Positions 11,001 through 21,069 of a stretch of DNA of 64,000 nt are shown piece after piece. This DNA is from Spirochaetia bacterium (GTDB lineage Bacteria; Spirochaetota; Spirochaetia; SZUA-6; Bin103): contig OZ241863.1 in assembly GCA_965203055.1 (NCBI GenBank), positions 3,552,001-3,616,000 on the forward strand, given 5' to 3'. Both the position numbers and the translations under genes were made by a program. Position 1 is the first letter of the stretch. Every line of letters begins with the position of its first letter. The notes under the pieces were generated by a model that worked only from the letters and a program-made list of their open reading frames with translations, did no database searches and was not told the origin of the DNA.

Positions 11001-12046
11001 CAGGCTCCCTCCTCGCCGCCGATTACCCGTACCTCCCGTTCCAGGCGCACCGCGAAGCGATCTGCCACCGCCGCCTCCACCGCCCGCGCCGCGGCCAGCA
11101 GTTCGGCGCCGGTGGCGCCGCCGTGGTTGACCAGCACCAGGGCATGGCGCTCGGCCACGCCGGCGCGCCCGAAACGGCGCCCGCGCAACCCGCAGGCCTC
11201 GATCAACTGCGCCGCCGAAACCTTCCAGCCGCCCGCGGCCGGCACTCCCGCGACGGCCGAACAGCGGGCGCGCAGGCGCGCGAACTGGTCGGGAGTGAGC
11301 ACCGGGTTCTTGAAGAAGGAGCCGGCATTGGGCAGCGCCTCCGGGTCCGGGAGCTTGCGCCGGCGCAGGCGGACGACCGCCCGGCTCACGTCGGCCACGG
11401 TGGGTTCGGCAACCGCCATCCGGGCAAGCTCCTCGCGCACTCCCGCATACTCCAACTGCAACCGCGGGCGCTTGCGCAGCCGCAACCGCAGCCGGGTTAT
11501 CAACATCCGGTCGCGCAGCGCATGTTTGAACACGCTGTCGCGGTAGCCGAACGCGCACGCCGCCGCGTCCATGACGCGCGGCTTGCCGCCGTCCAGCGGC
11601 ACCGCCTCCAGGTCGAGGAACACGTCGGAGAGTTGGGCGCCGTAGGCGCCGATGTTCTGGATCGGGGCGGCGCCGGCGGAGCCGGGGATCAGACTCAGAT
11701 TCTCGACTCCGCCCCAGCCGCGCGCCACGGCGTAGCGTACCAACCGCGGCCAGTCGTGGCCGGCGGCCGCGGTCAGGATCACCGAATCCGCCTCCTCCCG
11801 CGCCGCGATGCCGGCGGCGCGCGCCATGATCACCACGCCGGGATAGTCCGCGGCAAACAGGACGTTGCTGCCGCCTCCCAACACCAGCCGCGGCAGGCCG
11901 GCGAAGCGCGGGGCGGCCAGCAGCTCGGCCAACTCCCGCGCCGCCTGGTGCGGGTCTGCCCCGCCGACGCGCACCAAGTAGCGCGCCGTTGCCGCCACCC
12001 GCAACGTGGTGCGGGCGGCCAGCGCGGCGTTCGTCTCGACGCGCAC
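11000..12046 (-). CDS. murB: UDP-N-acetylenolpyruvoylglucosamine reductase
   Basis: LGGGSNVLF, ENLSLIPGSAGAAPIQNIGAYG, FGYRDSVFK, NAGSFFKNP, HALVLVN. Confidence 0.96.
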   Translation of the reverse strand: MRVETNAALAARTTLRVAATARYLVRVGGADPHQAARELAELLAAPRFAGLPRLVLGGGSNVLFAADYPGVVIMARAAGIAAREEADSVILTAAAGHDWPRLVRYAVARGWGGVENLSLIPGSAGAAPIQNIGAYGAQLSDVFLDLEAVPLDGGKPRVMDAAACAFGYRDSVFKHALRDRMLITRLRLRLRKRPRLQLEYAGVREELARMAVAEPTVADVSRAVVRLRRRKLPDPEALPNAGSFFKNPVLTPDQFARLRARCSAVAGVPAAGGWKVSAAQLIEACGLRGRRFGRAGVAERHALVLVNHGGATGAELLAAARAVEAAVADRFAVRLEREVRVIGGEEGA

Positions 12047-12064
12047 GCTCAGGGCGCGCCCGGC

Positions 12065-12961
12065 CTACTCCGCGGCGCCGTTCATGCGCGCCAGCACCTT
12101 GTACAAGCCGTGGGTACCGAGGTCCTCCAGGCCGTCAGCCATGGCGGCGACGTAGAACTGATGCGCCAGCGCCAACCCCGGCAGCGCCAGATTCATCGCC
12201 CGCGCCTCGGCCAGCGCGATGCCCATGTCCTTGACGAAGTGCTTGATGAAGAAGCCGGGATCGAAGTTGCCCTGCACGATACGGCGGCCCAGGTTGTTGA
12301 TCGACCAGCAGGCCGCGGCGCCCTTGCCGATCACGTCGATGATGGCGTCCTGGTCGAGCCCCGCCCGCTGGCCGTACAGCAGCGACTCGACGACCCCGAT
12401 CATGGTGGAGGCGATCAGGATCTGATTGCTCATCTTGGTGTGCTGTCCGGCGCCGGAAGGCCCCATCAGGGCGATGTTCTCGCCCATGATCTCGAACAGC
12501 GGCCTGGCGCGCTCGAAGTCGGCGGCCGCGCCCCCCGCCATGATCGCCAGGGTGCCGCCGCGCGCGCCGACGTCGCCGCCGGACACCGGCGCGTCGAGAG
12601 CGGAACAGCCGCGCGCCGCGGCTGCGGCCGCGATGCGCTTCGCCAGCGACGGTTCCGAGGTGGTCATGTCGATCAGCAGCGTCCCCGGCGCCGCGCTGGC
12701 GACGACACCGTTCTCACCGAGGAATACCTGCTCCACGTCACTGGGGTAGCCGACGATCGCGAACACCACGTCGGACCGGGCCGCCACCGCGCCCGGATCG
12801 GCGCACCAGACGGCCCCGGCGGCCTCCAGATCGGCGGCCCGCTCCCGCGTGCGGGTATACACCGCGGTCTCGCAGCCCGCCTTGAGCAGGTGCATGCACA
12901 TGGAGCGCCCCATCACCCCGCTCCCGACCCATCCGATCCTTCGATCCGCCATCCGTAGCAT
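12065..12961 (-). CDS. NAD(P)-dependent 3-hydroxyacid dehydrogenase (HIBADH/tartronate semialdehyde reductase family)
   Basis: IGWVGSGVMG, DAPVSGGDVGA, GQHTKMSNQ, HFVKDMGIAL. Confidence 0.92.
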   Translation of the reverse strand: MLRMADRRIGWVGSGVMGRSMCMHLLKAGCETAVYTRTRERAADLEAAGAVWCADPGAVAARSDVVFAIVGYPSDVEQVFLGENGVVASAAPGTLLIDMTTSEPSLAKRIAAAAAARGCSALDAPVSGGDVGARGGTLAIMAGGAAADFERARPLFEIMGENIALMGPSGAGQHTKMSNQILIASTMIGVVESLLYGQRAGLDQDAIIDVIGKGAAACWSINNLGRRIVQGNFDPGFFIKHFVKDMGIALAEARAMNLALPGLALAHQFYVAAMADGLEDLGTHGLYKVLARMNGAAE

Positions 12962-13079
12962 CTACCTCGTCGTGCGCGGCGCCGCGGCAATTCCACGGCG
13001 CCGGTTTGCTTGCCCGGAGTATCCCGGACGCCTCCTGCGGCGGTCAAGCTGCCGGGGGGCCGGCCGTGCCGTGTCCCCC

Positions 13080-13238
13080 TTACTCTTCCACTACCTGAAC
13101 CTGAAGCTGCTTGCCGTCCAGCGTGCGGCGCGCCCAATACAGGTTCTGGTACTGATCGTAGCCGCCCTCTGCCAGCCGCACTACGCCGATCGCACCACCG
13201 GGCGCCGAAAAACTCGCGGTGGGGGCCGACAGTAGCAT
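13080..13238 (-). pseudogene. Possible orphan C-terminal gene fragment
   Basis: Protein-like tail AIGVVRLAEGGYDQYQNLYWARRTLDGKQLQVQVVEE* directly downstream of the HD cassette, without a convincing start. Confidence 0.3.
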
Positions 13239-13293
13239 AGGCGAGTCCCCCGCGGCAGTCAAACGAACCGGCGTCCCGCGAATGCCAAGCCGT

Positions 13294-13809
13294 TCACCAT
13301 GTCCCATGAAGACCAAGCTTGCCGAGCAAGGAATGCGCCTTCCTGATGCGTTGCTCCGTCGCCTTGAGAGGCTTGCGTATCTTGGTCTCCGTGACGGCCT
13401 GATCCTTGTAGCCGCCCTCATCACGCAAATAGAGGATCGTGGCCGCGATCTCCAGAACGATGTCAGAGACCTCATCTTTCATCACCTTAAGCAAATGGCC
13501 GGCCTTGCAAGCAGATAGTCCGCCGATCCGGTCATGCTCAGTGCCATCTCCTGTGAGGCTGAAGATTGCATACTGAATACCGTAGCGCCCCGGCTTTTCA
13601 TCAATCTCGATCTGACCCTCGGCAAGTGCATCGGTCAAACCGTCGGCGAGAGCGAACGAGTATGGTCCGTAATGGTGATAGACAAAGTTCAACTTGAAGT
13701 TCCCCCCACAGCGATGCAGCAGATAAGCTTGCTTCTGCAAACGGGTCCGCCCCACGAGCTTACCACCGTACAGCGCTATCAGATTGACCACGATATCCTT
13801 AGCAGTCAT
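13294..13809 (-). CDS. YwgA-like (SocA/DUF4065-related winged-helix) protein
   Basis: GRTRLQKQAYLL...FVYHHYGPYS..L motif; ATGA overlap with the HD gene. Confidence 0.8.
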   Translation of the reverse strand: MTAKDIVVNLIALYGGKLVGRTRLQKQAYLLHRCGGNFKLNFVYHHYGPYSFALADGLTDALAEGQIEIDEKPGRYGIQYAIFSLTGDGTEHDRIGGLSACKAGHLLKVMKDEVSDIVLEIAATILYLRDEGGYKDQAVTETKIRKPLKATEQRIRKAHSLLGKLGLHGTW

Positions 13810-15125
13810 CTCATTTCCTCCACTATATTGAGAACCTTATCAGCTTTGTCAGAGTCCGGTGCATATACCCGATGGATCCGTTCCCTGTCCCTGAGTGCCG
13901 CGACAATATTCGATTTTGTGGCAATATCCATCGGTTCATTCGTATCCGTCTGTATTAACACTTTTTTGAGCGCTGAAGAGTCTTCGAAAGAGTACCGCTT
14001 GTACGGCTCAATTGATGATCCGTCGAAGATCAAATCTTCATGCCAATCAAAATTACGCAATTCTCTCTGAACACGAAGATACAAGTTGCCTCTCGGATCA
14101 TCGTGGACGCCTACGTCAACGCATTTATAAAGCTCCCTATCCCGCAGGCGTCTTGCAAGCTCCGATATATCCCGGTTAGAATGATCTTTATAACACAGCA
14201 ACGCCGACCAGATCGCCGCGTCGTCGAGATCCATATATGACCCGATCGTTGGCTCTCTCAAGTAACGCAGGACCGGCTCTCGATTCGCAAGTCCAACGTC
14301 CTCTTCTTCAGCTACGGTCTTCAACAGCGTCACAAGCATTTTCTCAGCAGCTCGGGTCGTCTTGTGCATGTAGACCATCCGGTAAAGGCGAAACCTCGCC
14401 TCCAGATATTCCTCCGCTACCGATAAGCCCTTGGGACCGAGGCAGAGACACGACGCCTCATATGGATCATTATCGTCAATTGTGACCGATCCGACCTGCA
14501 GGCAGTCGAACAGCCAGTCGCAATCAAAGTGACCAAACCCAACGCCGGTCTCCATTCTATCTCGCTGAATGTAGTCGAGCCGGTCGGCATCGAATTGGCT
14601 GGACACTATAGTGGCGTAGATATCCTCGGGTTCTTCTTCCTTCAGAAGTGCGCCGATCTGTTCGGGCAACTCCTCATCTACCTTTCGCAAGATATGATTT
14701 ACCTTGGTATCTCCTTGGACGATCTCCGCGCTCCAGTCCACGTGTGTCTTCTTCGGACCTGTTGCATCGACGAACTCAAACACATGGCTGAACGGTCCGT
14801 GTCCAATATCGTGCAGGAGAGCGGCAAGAAGTGCGACACGTTCGCGTTCATGGTTCTTGTTACCGTTGTTCTGTTGCCGGACGATCACGTCAGCGAGACG
14901 ACGCGCAGTGTGATAGACGCCGACACTGTGGGCGAAGCGGCTGTGCGTCGCGCCGGGGTACACCAGTTCGGAGAATCCCAGCTGACGAATGCGTCGCAGC
15001 CGCTGGAACTCCGGTGTGTTGATAAGCGACCACGCGATACCATCTGTCTGGTCCCGGTCCTGATTTCCGCTCCCACCGAATACGATGAGCCCGTGAACGG
15101 GGTCACGGATGCGCTGCGTCACCAC
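13806..15125 (-). CDS. HD-domain phosphohydrolase (YwfO/SAMHD1-like dNTPase family)
   Basis: IRDPVHG, FQRLRRIRQLG, YPGATHSRFAHSVG, ALLHDIGHGPFSH, DADRLDY, VYMHKT; start GTG 15125 or 15122. Confidence 0.92.
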   Translation of the reverse strand: MVTQRIRDPVHGLIVFGGSGNQDRDQTDGIAWSLINTPEFQRLRRIRQLGFSELVYPGATHSRFAHSVGVYHTARRLADVIVRQQNNGNKNHERERVALLAALLHDIGHGPFSHVFEFVDATGPKKTHVDWSAEIVQGDTKVNHILRKVDEELPEQIGALLKEEEPEDIYATIVSSQFDADRLDYIQRDRMETGVGFGHFDCDWLFDCLQVGSVTIDDNDPYEASCLCLGPKGLSVAEEYLEARFRLYRMVYMHKTTRAAEKMLVTLLKTVAEEEDVGLANREPVLRYLREPTIGSYMDLDDAAIWSALLCYKDHSNRDISELARRLRDRELYKCVDVGVHDDPRGNLYLRVQRELRNFDWHEDLIFDGSSIEPYKRYSFEDSSALKKVLIQTDTNEPMDIATKSNIVAALRDRERIHRVYAPDSDKADKVLNIVEEMR

Positions 15126-15158
15126 CGGCGGAGAACCGTCCCAGGCCACATGAAACAG

Positions 15159-15187
15159 ATGATACAGACAATTGTCTGCCTCGTCAA
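15159..15187 (-). promoter_or_regulatory. Sigma70 promoter with 14-bp palindromic operator
   Basis: TTGACG (15187-15182), 17 nt, TATCAT (15164-15159); CAGACAATTGTCTG at 15165-15178 lies inside the spacer. Confidence 0.75.
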
Positions 15188-15292
15188 GCACTTGCTCAGA
15201 AAGAAGCCCGGCGTGCCATGAGCCATCGACGCGTAGAAACCCACCGACGCTGTGTTCACCGATGCACTAAACAGCCACTGCAACCACAGCCG

Positions 15293-16330
15293 CTACAGCG
15301 GGGCTTGGCGGCGGCACTCCTCCATGACCCGCATCTGGCGCAGGACCTGCTCCGGCGGGACCGGCACCGGCCGGCCGGCCCGGACGGCAGCGTGCAGGTC
15401 CAGGTAGAAACCGGCGTCGCCGGGGCCTGCCGCGTCCTCCTCCTGCGACCAGGTGCGCTCCACCCACACCGCGGGATCGCGGTTGTAGCTGCGGTCGGGG
15501 GTCGGCTCGGTGCTGAGCGTCCGCTCCGGCAGCGCCCCCGGCTCGACGTAGCGCCAGCGCAGCGCCGTGCGGGAACCGGTCAGACCGCCCTCGCTGCCCA
15601 TCACCAGCCACTGCTCCTGCGGGAACGCGCACGCGGCGCTGACTTCGATCTGCACCGTCGGCCGCTGCGCCCCCCGCAATAGGATCAGCAAGTGATCATC
15701 GGCATCGCCGAGGGTCCGCACCCGATCGCGCACGCAGGTCACCTGCGGCTCGCCGTCTCCATACAGGAGCAGGCCGATGTCGATGACGTGCGGGCCGGTG
15801 TTGTTCATCGAACCGCCGCCGTAGCGCTGCAGGGTCTGCCAATCCCAGCGCCGAGTGAACGAATGATAGGCGACGCGCGCCTGCACGATGCGCCCCAACA
15901 CCCCGGACGCGATCACCTCGCGTACCTTCACCACGTCGCCGTGATAGCGGTAGTTCTGGAACACGGTGAGCAGCCGGCCGGTGGCCGCGGCCGTCGCGGC
16001 CATGTTGGCGGCCGCCGCCAAGTCGGTAGCCATCGGCTTTTCGCAGACCACGTGCTTGCCGGCGCGCAGCGCGGCGACGGCGTACTCGGCGTGCAGGTTG
16101 CTCGGCGCCGCGACTACCACCACCTCCACGCGCGCGTCGTCGAGCAGCGCGGCGAACTCGCGGTAGGCCGCGCAGCCGAACCGCTCCTCCGCCTCCGCCC
16201 GCCGCGCCGCCAGCGGATCGGCCACCGCGGCCACGCGGTAGTGGGCGCGCAACCCGTCCAGCAGCCGCGCGTGAATCTCCCAGCCGCTGCGTCCCAGCCC
16301 GGCGATCCCAATCCCAATTTCCGAAGCCAC
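15293..16330 (-). CDS. Gfo/Idh/MocA family oxidoreductase
   Basis: GIAGLGRSG, GKHVVCEKPMA, VFQNYRY, GGSMNNTGPHVID. Confidence 0.92.
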   Translation of the reverse strand: MASEIGIGIAGLGRSGWEIHARLLDGLRAHYRVAAVADPLAARRAEAEERFGCAAYREFAALLDDARVEVVVVAAPSNLHAEYAVAALRAGKHVVCEKPMATDLAAAANMAATAAATGRLLTVFQNYRYHGDVVKVREVIASGVLGRIVQARVAYHSFTRRWDWQTLQRYGGGSMNNTGPHVIDIGLLLYGDGEPQVTCVRDRVRTLGDADDHLLILLRGAQRPTVQIEVSAACAFPQEQWLVMGSEGGLTGSRTALRWRYVEPGALPERTLSTEPTPDRSYNRDPAVWVERTWSQEEDAAGPGDAGFYLDLHAAVRAGRPVPVPPEQVLRQMRVMEECRRQAPL

Positions 16331-16336
16331 GCCAGG

Positions 16337-17341
16337 CTAGTCCGACTGGGTGAAGGCGGCGTCGAAGGCGATCTGCGAAGCGGTGAGATCGGTGCGGCGC
16401 ACGAAGGAGAGCGCTTCGGGGGCGCCCTGCTCGCGGTCCATGCCGCTGTCCTCCCACTCGATGGAGAGCGGCCCCTGGTAGCCGATTGCGTTCAGCGCCC
16501 GGAACACCCGCTCGAACGGCACCTCGCCGCGCCCCGGCGACACGAAGTCCCAGCCGCGGCGCATGTTGCCGAACTCCAGGTGGGACGCCAGGGCGCCGTT
16601 GCGCCCGTTGTGGTTGCGCTGCGATTCCTTGACGTGGGCGTGGTAGATACGGTCCGCGAAGTCGAGCACGAACTGCTCCGGATCGACCGCCTGCCACACC
16701 AGGTGGCTGGGATCGAAGTTGATCCCGAACGCCGGGCGCCGGTCGACCGCCCGGAGGGTACGCTCGGTAGTCCAGTAATCGTAGGCGATTTCCGAGGGAT
16801 GCACCTCCAGGGCGAACTTCACGCCCTCCCGGTCGAACACGTCCAGAATCGGATTCCAGCGGTCGGCGAAGTCCTGGTAGCCGGCCTCGATCATCCCCTC
16901 TACCGCCGGCGGAAACCCGGCCAGCGCGTACCAGATGCTGGAGCCGGTGAACCCCGCCACGGTGGTGACCCCGAACTTCGCGGCCGCCCGGGCCGTGTCC
17001 TTCATCGCTTCGGCGGCCCGTTGGCGCACCCCTTCCGCATCGCCGTCCCCCCAGATGTCCGGTCCCACGATGCCCTGGTGGCGGGCGTCGATCGGCGAAT
17101 CGCACACGCACTGGCCGACCAGGTGATTGCTGATGACGTGGCACTTCAAGCCGTGGCGCGCGAGCAGCTCGCGCTTGGCGGCGACGTAGCCGGGATCGGC
17201 CAGCGCCTTGTCGACCTCGAAGTGATCTCCCCAGCACGCCAGCTCCAGGCCGTCGAAGCCCCAGGCCTGCGCCTTCCCGCACAGTTCCGCGAGCGGCAGA
17301 TCCGCCCACTGGCCGGTGAACAAGGTTACCTCTCGTGCCAT
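16337..17341 (-). CDS. Sugar phosphate isomerase/epimerase (xylose isomerase-like TIM barrel)
   Basis: [46 protein letters not shown]. Confidence 0.92.
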   Translation of the reverse strand: MAREVTLFTGQWADLPLAELCGKAQAWGFDGLELACWGDHFEVDKALADPGYVAAKRELLARHGLKCHVISNHLVGQCVCDSPIDARHQGIVGPDIWGDGDAEGVRQRAAEAMKDTARAAAKFGVTTVAGFTGSSIWYALAGFPPAVEGMIEAGYQDFADRWNPILDVFDREGVKFALEVHPSEIAYDYWTTERTLRAVDRRPAFGINFDPSHLVWQAVDPEQFVLDFADRIYHAHVKESQRNHNGRNGALASHLEFGNMRRGWDFVSPGRGEVPFERVFRALNAIGYQGPLSIEWEDSGMDREQGAPEALSFVRRTDLTASQIAFDAAFTQSD

Positions 17342-17343
17342 GC

Positions 17344-18501
17344 CTATACCTCCAGCTTGGTCCACTTTTGGGCGCTGGCGGAGCTGGCGACGCAGGCCGC
17401 AATGAAGGCCATGCCGCGCACTCCGTCATGCACCGTCGGAAAATCGAGATGTTCCGGCGCCGGCTGCTCCCCGGCCAGCCGCGCCTGCAGCGCCAGCGCG
17501 TAGTTGCGATACAGATTGGCGAACGCTTCGACGAACCCCTCCGGGTGCCCGGGCGGCAGCCGGGTGTGCGCGGCGCTGGCGGCCGACAGCTCGCCGACGC
17601 CGGTGCGGCGCACCTCGCGATGCTTCGCCCCCCACTTGACGGTGAGCGTGTTGGGCTCTTCCTGACGCCATTCCAGCCCCGCGTCCGCGCCGTAGACGCG
17701 AATGGCGAGGGGATTTTCCTCGCCGGCGGAAATCTGACTCGCGTACAGCACCCCGCGGGCGCCCTGCTCCAGGCGCACCAGGACGTTGCCGTCGTCTTCC
17801 AGCTTGCGGCCCGCCACGAACGTAGTGAGATCGGCGCACAGCTCGGTGACACGCAGTCCGGTAACGTACTCCAGCAGGTTCTCGGCGTGGGTGCCGATGT
17901 CGCCGATGCAGGAGCTGGCGCCGGCGCGCGCCGGATCGGTGCGCCAGCTTGCCTGCTTCTGGCCGTCGGCTTCGATCAACTCGGCCAGCCAACCCTGGGG
18001 ATACTCCACCACCACCTTGCGAACCTTGCCGAGCGCCCCGCTGCGCACCAGGTGGCGCGCCTCCTTCACCATCGGGTAGCCGGTGTAGTTGTGGGTCAGG
18101 CCGAACTGCAGCCCGGTGCGCTCCACCAGCTCCTGCAACTGCCTGGCCTCCGCCAGATCGAAGGTCATCGGCTTGTCGCTCATCACGTGGAAGCCGGCCT
18201 CCAGCGCCGCCTTGGCCACCGGAAAGTGGACGTGGTTGGGGGTGACGATGGACACGAAGTCCATGCGCTCGCCCGGCGGCATGGCCGCCTCCGCTTCGAT
18301 CATCTCCCGGTAGCTGCCGTAGACGCGGTCGGGCGGCAGGTAGAGGTCGGCGCCGGAGGCCCGCGACCGTTGCGGATCGCTGCTGAACGCCCCGCACACC
18401 AGCTCGACGTGGCCGTCGAGGGCGGCCGCCATGCGGTGGACGGCGCCGATGAAAGCGTCCCGGCCGCCGCCCACCATTCCCATGCGAATTTTGCGACTCA
18501 T
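17344..18501 (-). CDS. Gfo/Idh/MocA family oxidoreductase
   Basis: [47 protein letters not shown]. Confidence 0.93.
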   Translation of the reverse strand: MSRKIRMGMVGGGRDAFIGAVHRMAAALDGHVELVCGAFSSDPQRSRASGADLYLPPDRVYGSYREMIEAEAAMPPGERMDFVSIVTPNHVHFPVAKAALEAGFHVMSDKPMTFDLAEARQLQELVERTGLQFGLTHNYTGYPMVKEARHLVRSGALGKVRKVVVEYPQGWLAELIEADGQKQASWRTDPARAGASSCIGDIGTHAENLLEYVTGLRVTELCADLTTFVAGRKLEDDGNVLVRLEQGARGVLYASQISAGEENPLAIRVYGADAGLEWRQEEPNTLTVKWGAKHREVRRTGVGELSAASAAHTRLPPGHPEGFVEAFANLYRNYALALQARLAGEQPAPEHLDFPTVHDGVRGMAFIAACVASSASAQKWTKLEV

Positions 18502-18514
18502 GGACCTGATCCTA

Positions 18515-19369
18515 TCACCGACCGACCGGTTCGCGCACCCGGCGGGCGGCCCCGGACGCGGCGCCGGACGCCGCGCCGGAGGCGGCGCCGAACAGATCGG
18601 CGCGGCGGTTGGCCAACAACCCCAGCCGGCGCTGCTGCCGGGCGATGGCGGCCGGGTCCAGGTCGGCCCGGATCACGCAGTCGGAATCCTCCCGGGCGCG
18701 CGCCAGCACCTCGCCGTGCGGCCCCACGATCATGCTGTTGCCGCGGCAGCGCAACCCCTCGGCGAAGCTGACGATGTCCGCCCCCGCCACGAACATGCTG
18801 TTGTCCAGGGCGCGCGCCCGCAACGCCAGCTCCCACTCGGCGGGCGGTCCCAGCCAGGCGGTGGGCACCAGCGCCAGCTCCGCCCCCCCGGCGGCGGCGC
18901 ACCGCGCCAGCTCCGGGAAGCGGGTATCGAAGCAGATCCAGCCGCTGGCCGCGACCCCCCCGACCGTGAACACCGGCACCTCGTCGCCGGCCGTAGCCCA
19001 TGAGATCTCGGCGCCGAACAGATGCAGCTTGCGGTAGGAGGCCACCAGCGCGCCCGCCCGGTCCACCACCACCAGACTGTCGTAGAGCGCGCCGTCGGGC
19101 GCCCGCTCGGCAATGCCGAACGCCACCGCGATGCCGGCCGCGGCCGCATCCCGCTGCACCCGCGCCACCGCCGGCCCCGGCACCGGTTCGGCTTGCTCCG
19201 GCACCCGCTCGGCGGCCAGGTAGCCGCTCACGATCAGTTCCGGAAACACCAGCACGGCGCATCCCGCGCTGGCGGCCTCCTCCATCTGGGACCGCATCCG
19301 ATCCAGGTTGTACGCCTTGTCCGCGGGGCGGGCCCGGAACTGGCCGCACGCGACGCGCGTCATGTGCAT
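18515..19369 (-). CDS. Carbon-nitrogen hydrolase (nitrilase superfamily)
   Basis: Catalytic triad motifs VFPE, YRKLHL, ICFDTRFPE. Confidence 0.93.
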   Translation of the reverse strand: MHMTRVACGQFRARPADKAYNLDRMRSQMEEAASAGCAVLVFPELIVSGYLAAERVPEQAEPVPGPAVARVQRDAAAAGIAVAFGIAERAPDGALYDSLVVVDRAGALVASYRKLHLFGAEISWATAGDEVPVFTVGGVAASGWICFDTRFPELARCAAAGGAELALVPTAWLGPPAEWELALRARALDNSMFVAGADIVSFAEGLRCRGNSMIVGPHGEVLARAREDSDCVIRADLDPAAIARQQRRLGLLANRRADLFGAASGAASGAASGAARRVREPVGR

Positions 19370-19381
19370 TCGCTCACTCCT

Positions 19382-20587
19382 TCAGTCGATGGCGCCCGGC
19401 GCATGGCCGTGCATGACCTGCTTCACCGTGCCGTCGGGGTTGAACGTATAGGTAACGTTGGCCCACGTCACCCGGCGCATGAACACGGAACGCACCGCGC
19501 TCAACAGCGCCACCGTGCCGGCCAAGGGGGCCAGCGCCACCCACTGCAGCCGCCCGAAGGTGATCGGGCCGGGCCGCGGCGCGGTGATCAGCAGCGGTAC
19601 GGCGAGCAGCGCCAGGAGCAGCGCCGCGGCGGCGGCGGCCGGCCACGCGCCCGGAGCCCCCCAGCCCGTCAGCGCCGCCGCCAGTACCACCAGCGCCGCC
19701 GCTACCGCGGCGCCGGCCAGCAGCAGCGCGGCCAGCGCCGCGCGCCACCAGCCCGGCGTGTAGAGCCGCATGTAATACACTTGGCGGCTGAACCAGTCGA
19801 GCAGTTCCGGCAGCCGGGCGATTGCCTCCCGGGTCGGTGACACGCACCAGGGCACGAACTCGCGGCGCGCCCCGTGGCGCTGCAGGAGGGTCTGCAAGGC
19901 CAAGTCGTCGGAGAGGCGCCGGCGCCAGTACTCGGCGACCTGCAGCCGCTGCCAGTCGCTGCGCCGGATCGCCCAGGTGCCCCCCCACACGACGCGCGAG
20001 GTGGGCCAGGCCGCCAACGTCGCCATGTACGCCGACAGCACGGTGTGCACCCGCGCCGCCAGCCCGCCGGCTACCGGCGCCAGCCAGCGGTAGCCGGTGG
20101 TAACGGTAACGCCGTGCGCCACCAGCGCGCCCACCAGGCGGCGCAGCAGGTCGGGGTGGGGCTCGATGTCGGAGTCGCAGAAGGCGAATACCTCGGCCGC
20201 CGGCGGCGCCGCGGCTACCGCGGCCAGCAGGTTGTGGATCTTCTGCGAACCGGCGCCGGCCAACCCCGCCACCAGGTGCCGCACGTGATCATGGCGCGCG
20301 GCCAGCGCCGCCGCCAGCGGCGCGGCGGCGTCGGCCGCGCTTTCCGTGACGAAGGAAATCAGCAGCGGCCGGTAGCGCTGCGCGGCGAACGCCTGCAGAT
20401 GACGCGCCAAATGCGGGCCGCCGCCCTTGCACGGCACCACCAAGTGGACGGGCGGCGCCGGGCGCCGGTCCGGCCCCGGGCGGTAGCGCTTGCGCCGCCA
20501 CCAGCTCACCACCGGCGGCGCAAGCTGGACCAGCCCGCCGCCGGCGAGCAGGAGCGCCAGCAGCGCCTCGCCGCCCGGAGCGCTCAA
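19382..20587 (-). CDS. GT2/GT21-type membrane glycosyltransferase (ceramide glucosyltransferase/HpnI-like)
   Basis: VVPCKG, SQKIHNL, FCDSD, LSDD, WFSRQ; hydrophobic N- and C-terminal segments. Confidence 0.85.
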   Translation of the reverse strand: MSAPGGEALLALLLAGGGLVQLAPPVVSWWRRKRYRPGPDRRPAPPVHLVVPCKGGGPHLARHLQAFAAQRYRPLLISFVTESAADAAAPLAAALAARHDHVRHLVAGLAGAGSQKIHNLLAAVAAAPPAAEVFAFCDSDIEPHPDLLRRLVGALVAHGVTVTTGYRWLAPVAGGLAARVHTVLSAYMATLAAWPTSRVVWGGTWAIRRSDWQRLQVAEYWRRRLSDDLALQTLLQRHGARREFVPWCVSPTREAIARLPELLDWFSRQVYYMRLYTPGWWRAALAALLLAGAAVAAALVVLAAALTGWGAPGAWPAAAAAALLLALLAVPLLITAPRPGPITFGRLQWVALAPLAGTVALLSAVRSVFMRRVTWANVTYTFNPDGTVKQVMHGHAPGAID

Positions 20588-21069
20588 TCCGGCGTCCCGG
20601 CGGCGGCCGAGGCGGTCAGCCAGCGCGCCAGGGCCTTGTCGGGCCGCTCCAATTCCTCCAGGTCGGTGTAGTAGTAGTCCTCCCAGCCCCGTTCCGGGAG
20701 CCCCGCGAACAGCATCAGGTTGAGCGGATAGCGTTCGCTGTCGGTGCAGCGGCGCAGGTCGTCCCGGAACAGGAACGTCGGAATGCGCCGCGCGATGGCC
20801 ACTCCCAACTCCACCATCACCCCCTCGTCCGGCGGGGTACCGTTGACCACGGCGAAGATCGCGTCACAGGTGAGCGCGTCGTTGAGGTCGCGCTGCGCCA
20901 CGCGATAGGCCCACCCGGGATTCGGAATATCCCAGTTGTTGCGCGCGAACGGCTCCCACACCTCGGCGCCAAGCGCCTCCAGCCGCGCCACGATGGGCGG
21001 CAGCAGCAACGCCTTCTGCTGCTTCGAGAATCCGTATGGACTCGCCAGATAGATCCGCTTGCGTGCCAT
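20584..21069 (-). CDS. Nucleoside 2-deoxyribosyltransferase family protein
   Basis: IYLASPYGFS, DAIFAVVNG.PPDEGVMVELG, NLML. Confidence 0.9.
   Translation of the reverse strand: MARKRIYLASPYGFSKQQKALLLPPIVARLEALGAEVWEPFARNNWDIPNPGWAYRVAQRDLNDALTCDAIFAVVNGTPPDEGVMVELGVAIARRIPTFLFRDDLRRCTDSERYPLNLMLFAGLPERGWEDYYYTDLEELERPDKALARWLTASAAAGTPD

Noticed and set aside
11001..11558. N-terminal extension of the LarA-like ORF
   Set aside because: Overlaps murB in another frame; ATG 11000 is coupled to the murB stop.
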